A stretch of DNA of 64,000 bases, taken from the IMG/VR virus record IMGVR_UViG_3300000233_000007, positions 1 through 64,000 of that record, one strand, 5' to 3'. Of this stretch, positions 61,601 through 64,000 are shown piece after piece. The notes under the pieces were generated by a model. It was not told the origin of the DNA and ran no database searches. It saw only the letters and a program-made list of their open reading frames with translations. The position numbers and the translations under genes are program-made. The DNA is from a virus. Position 1 is the stretch's first letter, and each line of letters starts with the position of its first letter.

Positions 61601-62786
61601 AATTAGAGATTCTAAAAATAGTAAATTCTTATTATTTGAAAAAGATTCTAATGGTGTTTATAAAAGAGTAAATAATTTAGGTTCATTTGGATTTAATGAA
61701 TATTCTCCTTTTGTAAATAATAATGAATCATTATTAGAGAGTAATAGAAAAGTAAATATAGTAACAACTCAACCAATAGTTGAAAATATTAATGTTGATG
61801 AAGATTTTGGAATATCTAATGGTTTAAATTCTGTTTTAGAAAATATTATTAAAGATAATTCTAAATTTAAAGATGTTGCTGAATTACTTTTACCATTTAT
61901 TAATAATATTCCAATTGAAGTTAAAAATATTAATGGATTAAAAGCTAATGCTATATATGTTCCTTTACAAAAAGGTGGTGTAGTTAGTACAAGTATTGGA
62001 GAATTAAATAGAGGAACAATTTATATTTCTGAAGATTTATTAAATAGTGGTAATAAAGAACGTATTTATTATGCTATTATGGAAGAGGTAGTTCATTCTG
62101 TTACTATTGATACTGTTGATAAATATGTAGATACAAGAAAATCATACATTAATGAAAAAGGTGAAGTAAATATTAATTATTTAAGTGATAATCCACCTGC
62201 TCATATTGTAAAATTAGTATCTTTATTTAAAGAAGGTTCAAAACATATTTTAAATAAATATGCAAAAAATAGTTCATTAGAAGAAGCTATAAATATTTTA
62301 AACCAACAAAAAGCAATTTGGAATAATGATACTGAACATGAATTATATTCTAATGAAAATAATGCTGATAATAATTTAAAGGTTGATAGTTATAGAACAT
62401 TAAATCTTGGAGAATTTATTGCAGGTGTAATGTTGTCTGATAAATTTAGAAGTGAAATGAATAATGTTGAATATAGACAAACAGGAAAAACTATTCTTTC
62501 ACAATTTGCAGATGTAGTTAGTAGAATTATAAATTCTATTGCTCCTGGTGTTGTTAAAAATTCAATAACTGAACATACATTTGATGCAGTAATGAGTTTA
62601 CTTACAAATAAAGAATCAGAAAGTAATGTAGCAAGTAATTCTAAATTTAATGAAACTAAAGCTGATATTGAAGCTAAAAAACTTTTAAATGAAGAAGGTA
62701 ATCCAGAGAATGATGTAAGAGATGAAAATAGTGTTGATTTACAACCAATTGGATTATCAGAAGTATTGAAAATTAAAACTTGTTAA
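49641..62786 (+). CDS. Giant virion protein (4381 aa) containing a two-barrel (multisubunit-type) RNA polymerase catalytic core: a probable packaged and ejected virion RNAP
   Basis: β-like DPBB motif SGNKVGGVK at nt 57981..58007 (compare bacterial β GRHGNKGV). β'-like DPBB RIPTSAHQSGALIEIVGFLPHG...LMIVPKDHTTQLGEDYDIDT at nt 59010..59141 aligns with E. coli β' RAPTLHRLGIQAFEPVL....NADFDGD. Single uninterrupted 13.1-kb ORF. Confidence 0.8.
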   Translation: MAKQVRLGKGNLGAKQEVDKEIIKLQKQQLSNKEYQDFLLEFPSLKAQEKQEEDQNLAVLNQLEKEQEISEVVKQNQSQEKWYSGITNFFESFSDRGDIADLWYNKEDGKWYEKQSDLFGTYDKENLKEVPYDKVQSLIEAQAKKMSKSGGYQTGIATNNIVDKVFEDGVWGTVYGLGSLITRGVTGNWDDVNDSQMESLWNRTKYYGANVLDVFNDAITSADAGLEDEANNPDIPFSFLMSKQEQDIRDAKYNKEYKQIQQKGQKALEVRFEEEKKRRASGEKLLIDKLYDWSEVEKDNDWFAQQQKLKQTISERAMELEGRKKKSFTNVKDTINPGTFKYVDDAKKINMELPLEKTGEGNSKSIWDVQKLIIDASGKPVLDETGQPMYADKYSFTEKIANSNWDVLGDAYYLQDDLAQGVGTAAGFIVGGKGTNAMLNTVGKGIGKTANVVSKGLNLENKVFNYTNKLLSTTNKVTQPLGKTINTIDNTAFNKTLNIVNDKVSKAIRTTIQSYLMSNTESEQIGRQVQKQVLDEQIDKYAKINIQDIAKDLSESGNFSSDASLFLQAQMKAETIRKEWADKNPELFNEILLQSQLAQEQARGINNINFINNITSAGLFVKGKSFSRNLLSNPFSKANLIKGAWTISREMVQEGLIEEGLINGFAEKAGKQTGNMKFYDVSDFFKNDVGSSEFVENVFAGAILGGLQTAGTKGVNVISEYKQFKEQKKIVDELSKIGSLDTKENIKKVIEYSLDKANNEAVAQRMNELLAEGKESKANALADTLLLNKSVRAATSGTTEVLNKSLQDLMQNKELSPEDKQELQKAIDFNNKIADTFDAHIKYANKKGIIENRGNRELLENYKQDLISSLPILEKEYNEALERQIRKELSSENSDYSNTNYSEIFENKKQSSKLNDDHRASVELNTAKKQLEELQNVQDELDDKYDYIISDKGQKKYIKLMNNIRKNNIVRDVNDKNVDEVKDNLRENDELTPEVNSEINQTVEEKVAKDNSKVVEPVANKQEEFVAPNNEQTVKEDTKDVPEKVKEKAKEFSAIVQEPLFDDNLGDPSNDVRSNEEIADDNDSLALQPIGLDENNSNHKNIVSKYTNIMKALNKNIADDFGTNLTAKEMFGLFASQVGFDVAEKHFNFFKKGFEQSGIVDENINWDNLYSKYFDKIKSFSFNEEVLETPSTIEEVKKQDEETNSIIQEDSKPIGYNQDNTLIKYLGRKIAAAVNKIPFLGIKYRAVFNEMDGSVTYVNDEDGELNTEGMSNLDVVLNPDLLVSGKKFTLEIPQDWRTRTVSDWKSNELGVLIQTTMTMEEWMQQKNITQDSQEWLDKVPMDMIVDGVNIGPGIHDVSWWNTRNVADFVDATINDEKISSEQAKQRQRKIISEGRELTRNIRKNVLNGNNEMVITDREEGHTLSTPDGKLNSITEANPSAQIAIFSPQGFIVNKGDNGNEYSKLNIVNINSITDKGHVYMISRIGTEVKDGKNVPTYVAHKLHTNHNQQNLVELAKSRQRMYDAADILNKIGKYNNPTQEQITWAESVRNQVRTMTGVSIDNISSEGTSIQYIGLGKLKQLYPLTTKNKSGLMLLPQLANINNQKLPVVHADGSVTNYKSKAGEGYKAMLMDNLHTQKKFHTIQDQEGNSMQILDIQPRIKFDLVNKDKDVVKEEKKEEIKKAKEKTSLSETEVISNETFNDFVDNGTVDNSVIETIAEKIKSNESLSERELAIFNDKTSEVNEVLKNIPIESITHGQRQRVVEHLFHKILSSIDISKDFTNQDVLNDIKNSFDNHLADIKDTKEYEYLVANRDSILGLGNFSNDINTVKSEIESFLNQEFQEDTNEETQLNDEGQFEKNNNKASFENDVRTSLSTKLKMFFAGIEKDSSKVVSEDFAGLSSYYGLDEVIGGLQDMLVNVPNNPLAFKNRIENQIAKNPEEFGFLQNVLDKFESAPVEIQKEILFRLNQTKNEMSFVMYSKSKNGNYTLMTYDANSKNPNIKTKLQWQENFKQSNLIENYGDNYRVKQDIANQLINQYNSWKGKYENVPNKEYVDWLSNFGIQVSEKTIQDYKDGLVDGNINFPGVFAVNGGVFGTLYSNLTSAIDKQNKDSKLVFKYKNENKNSKDGFNILMNNNNGFLKTMIDVQVNNTFNLASSMYIGGKTINAFSQPNYTTEQLRKLKDDTNPLVSNLQNTAFAKNSLLLKLINNPKIKNALNIGYVSLQSLKQQGQKLYQDSEIVDLSSQDYDLLLQGFFESEGAYFKNQELENNGISLRETKMTFPTLSDSSQMFVFNTVGLDLKKGNFTFVDGKVKINSEVLDVLYSQLVQPDLDRIEAYLKSVGNTNVQGLDLGSQLFTMIPSLNTLPIKVNGTDVKLLTLIHTGIKNGNNVNDIIEEYKEQIHKKLQDVISNSAESKIKVENQQMSGSWVTNGFVQNGETERAGVNVSFLDSKYINSRGTTSKLEATQIAAYDFTINYYINQAQIQMLFAGDISNYVQDKQASKFNIDKNGNVDVTKPKVSVNDNENQLEKEQEVYTNIIKDTSVNMSKRLKELISPGNRIAESTNEKYIQVMVNDVEEASNTLEELVKMWYSDLYEENKNDIKKLKELESKIRKENKEGKSAKVSENEYNAIKKSLQNKFPDIANYFKITATDAQEYTTWQEHLHILLNQGRIKKDVFDSLYSKLDSQSKDGLNENNTLSKDEKKVIFQVIKPLHAGMYFEDLKNNKGEVVSKIQRYVYVKTSSFPLLPQLTQGIELDNLRKNIEQLEAKTGKKVRVSYQSGNKVGGVKNAINISELYSDYNGELESKIIASSATLDRENFSIQQDKPFKTDKNIKANKRDEINRGTQFEKIILGNGINQITEKIFPNKFDSSLLKSLGITEDNGKISGKDLYAIYNNLYSREQSILRNQLYNSLGLNNNGDWVNNIETLEHIKNALNKRLSNQQDKEILELSYIVAEEDENGKLVNHYYSKKQMEEKGLKPTRAEFNIPIWMSPNSRKFESVLNSIVNNKLVNLKLPGFSSPVASQEGFRFVDNLDSIDKTGIIFTDKFEGELKATHNSDGSLKTAQVLVASKFRVKKENEDTGKYTDELLDLTQYTKTLEDGRTVLDMDKVNPELLEMFSFRIPTSAHQSGALIEIVGFLPHGSGDLMIVPKDHTTQLGEDYDIDTRYVYSQNYRIDSKGNVRKIDAKYIQRRIIMLEDNFQSEQETERRIDDILNLFDSIRNNEEIQNIFANERTSQEQKVQILKDKLNHLLIENQIIDVYKSIFSSTDEKIQKMIGATLSTKFAEDNAKAIDDKINSQNTGENFSIFDDRHQKSILKLGASGKLGIGVHSNWVVLNSLFQQMEKKPRLINGFNQKTGKAIPFSMRIGNFLSVGKLGETKALEPEKPIKGFIPRLLSVVNMESQNSATDNQKLQIMGRRNENKYTINVFALMSNLGFDKDIVNGKELSLPSLFISQPIIRRYVELKEQYDSIISDYQEDVDEKITGILAQEFSEGVDLINTKAGLRMDFDQMKGVEVSELTAQKLYDSLLKGNNAQQWAVYEKFMDLSIHAKNINKVQQLANIDSDGLGISFFNTINKKDSLLLQMTSENLNIEGIEGLFGKQQLVNNNEEDLQNDLLNEGYIKVETQDTYSVFVKPTSPLNSKLISSISSGYNLWRNVLPFENEFIDEQINSIIDITGKNADTKNGLELKYKVISEMKDFIYSYSNLGIFDKSVNEERNSLFIDTDTNQSLASYLNALKKSNHKLFNEPFFKDLEFVLNKNNEPSLVKYTTNDRTNFNKNSVYNLFSILNESKESLPGFNQDMNYTFEKLIKDLTKYSLLANQENGAIGFRNYIPLAVLNKYKVTDNLRRYSGVGKNSSHNLLLNGDFKGLMNIIGAYQINEDNTIDVEYGNSKMIQGIIDKINTKYGTSSLVYDENNSRIIVNTDLSNFKSVFIRQFFQHNPEEAKKFNWRTKKEWLKQANSQTLEELDWFVPKKEMPEYISIRDSKNSKFLLFEKDSNGVYKRVNNLGSFGFNEYSPFVNNNESLLESNRKVNIVTTQPIVENINVDEDFGISNGLNSVLENIIKDNSKFKDVAELLLPFINNIPIEVKNINGLKANAIYVPLQKGGVVSTSIGELNRGTIYISEDLLNSGNKERIYYAIMEEVVHSVTIDTVDKYVDTRKSYINEKGEVNINYLSDNPPAHIVKLVSLFKEGSKHILNKYAKNSSLEEAINILNQQKAIWNNDTEHELYSNENNADNNLKVDSYRTLNLGEFIAGVMLSDKFRSEMNNVEYRQTGKTILSQFADVVSRIINSIAPGVVKNSITEHTFDAVMSLLTNKESESNVASNSKFNETKADIEAKKLLNEEGNPENDVRDENSVDLQPIGLSEVLKIKTC

Positions 62787-62835
62787 GATAGAATTATTTC
62801 ATATCTTTGTTAAAAATTTTAAACATAAAAATATA

Positions 62836-64000
62836 TGAGTTTAGGATGTAATTTAAAAGACATAAAAAAGAATGCTTTTGAAAGTATTCAACAAATAGTA
62901 AAAACTAAAACCATCTCTATGAACAGAGATGGTTTTATTACACTTGATTACTCAAAGAGTAATAAGTACAAAACAAGAGATGCTGCTTATAATGTAGCTG
63001 TAACTATTCAGAATAAAATTAAAGATTTCATTTCTGAACAAGTTGGTCCACAATTTACTGAAGGATGGACTGAAATTATACAAAATAATAATGAGGTTTC
63101 TTTAAGATATACTTTTCCAAAGTATGTTGAAAATGCTTATAATAAAAAATTTGCTATACTTGAAAATAGACAAAAAATTCAAAATGAAATTGAAGAAGCA
63201 AGACAACAACATATTGAAGATGCTAAAAGAGCAGGTATAGATGAATCTGAATTTGCTAATGATTATATGTATTTTCAATATCAAGATGATTTTGATGACT
63301 TTCTTGACCCTGATGTACAAGAAAGAATGGATAATTCTATTCCAAATGATTTTAGTTCTTATTATAAATATAAAACAGAATTATTAAAAAAATTAGAAGA
63401 TAATTTTGAAACTTATAAAATTCTAAATAAAAACAATTATGGTACTGATAAATATAAAACTGATGTATATACTTTTCAATATACTATAAATAAACTAAAA
63501 GATGAAATTGAAAATCTTGATGTTGAAAATACAGAATTAGTATTTCAAGATGTTATTAATGAAATAAATTATCTTAATAGCTTACTTGATACAACTAATA
63601 CTGAATTATTAGGTAATCAAGATATTATTAATAGAATTGATTTCTTACATCAAATGATTACTGGTGAAAATCTTAATGGTGATTTAGTTAATTATGATGT
63701 TTGGAATGGAGATACTTATGTAAAATATGATTCTTTAATTGTTGCTGGGATTACTAAATTATCAAATAAATTAAAAACAAAACAACAAGCAATTATTAAA
63801 GATTTATTATCCAAAGATATTATATATCAAGCACATAAAGATGAATTTACAGAAGAAGAAGTACAATCATTATTTGAAAAAATGTCTGATATTAATGTGT
63901 TACAAGAATTGTTTCTTGGTATAAATTCTAATAATGATAGTATTGTAGCTACTTTATTAAATACTACTTTTCAAACTAATGTTCAGAAAACAAAACAATT
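62836..64000 (+). CDS. 5' part of a further large virion protein; ORF open to the window end (at least 388 codons)
   Basis: ATG at 62836 with no stop through 64000. Same strand and codon style as the giant gene. Confidence 0.55.

Noticed and set aside
1-64000. Stop-codon recoding (TAG or TGA reassignment), as seen in some crAss-like lineages
   Set aside because: Very long uninterrupted ORFs (13.1 kb, 5.9 kb) exist under the standard code, and genes abut without readthrough signatures. No suppressor tRNA seen.

Overview
AT-rich (~30% GC), gene-dense DNA that reads as part of a large tailed-phage genome. Gene content suggests a crAss-like (Crassvirales-type) podovirus of a Bacteroidota host; this is an inference from gene content, not a database hit. 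The window has three parts.

(1) 114..16705, all minus strand: a replication and early module. It holds an AAA_24/Sak4-like ATPase, a lipoprotein, a DnaB-family helicase, an SF2 helicase, a phi29-like family-B DNA polymerase, a Dda/RecD-like helicase and an NDT-like protein. Four GIY-YIG homing endonuclease genes lie in this 9 kb. Three of them sit inside apparent group I introns that split the helicase (twice, once inside the Walker A codons) and the DNA polymerase.

(2) 16706..18818: a 2.1 kb ORF-poor divergent switch region. It carries iteron-like 15-mers, four copies of a ~30-nt G-rich motif, a tandem 7-mer array, hairpin terminators, and one small GC-richer gene.

(3) 18819..64000, all plus strand: a late module. 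It holds an Amidase_3 endolysin, a large terminase with a lambda-like KSRRKGYS P-loop, a portal, an acidic scaffold-like protein, a probable major capsid protein, collagen-like and Gly-rich fibre proteins, a metallophosphoesterase, a PD-(D/E)xK nuclease, a 1973-aa protein with a transmembrane hairpin cluster, and a 4381-aa protein. The 4381-aa protein contains both double-psi beta-barrel motifs of a multisubunit-type RNA polymerase (...SGNKVGGVK... and RIPTSAH...LGEDYDIDT, the β'-type NADFDGD equivalent), so it looks like a virion-packaged RNAP.

The window also opens inside a perfect inverted repeat of at least 172 bp that mirrors the 3' ends of two convergent genes. The ORFs use no stop-codon recoding. 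I saw no tRNA, CRISPR array, integrase or reverse transcriptase.
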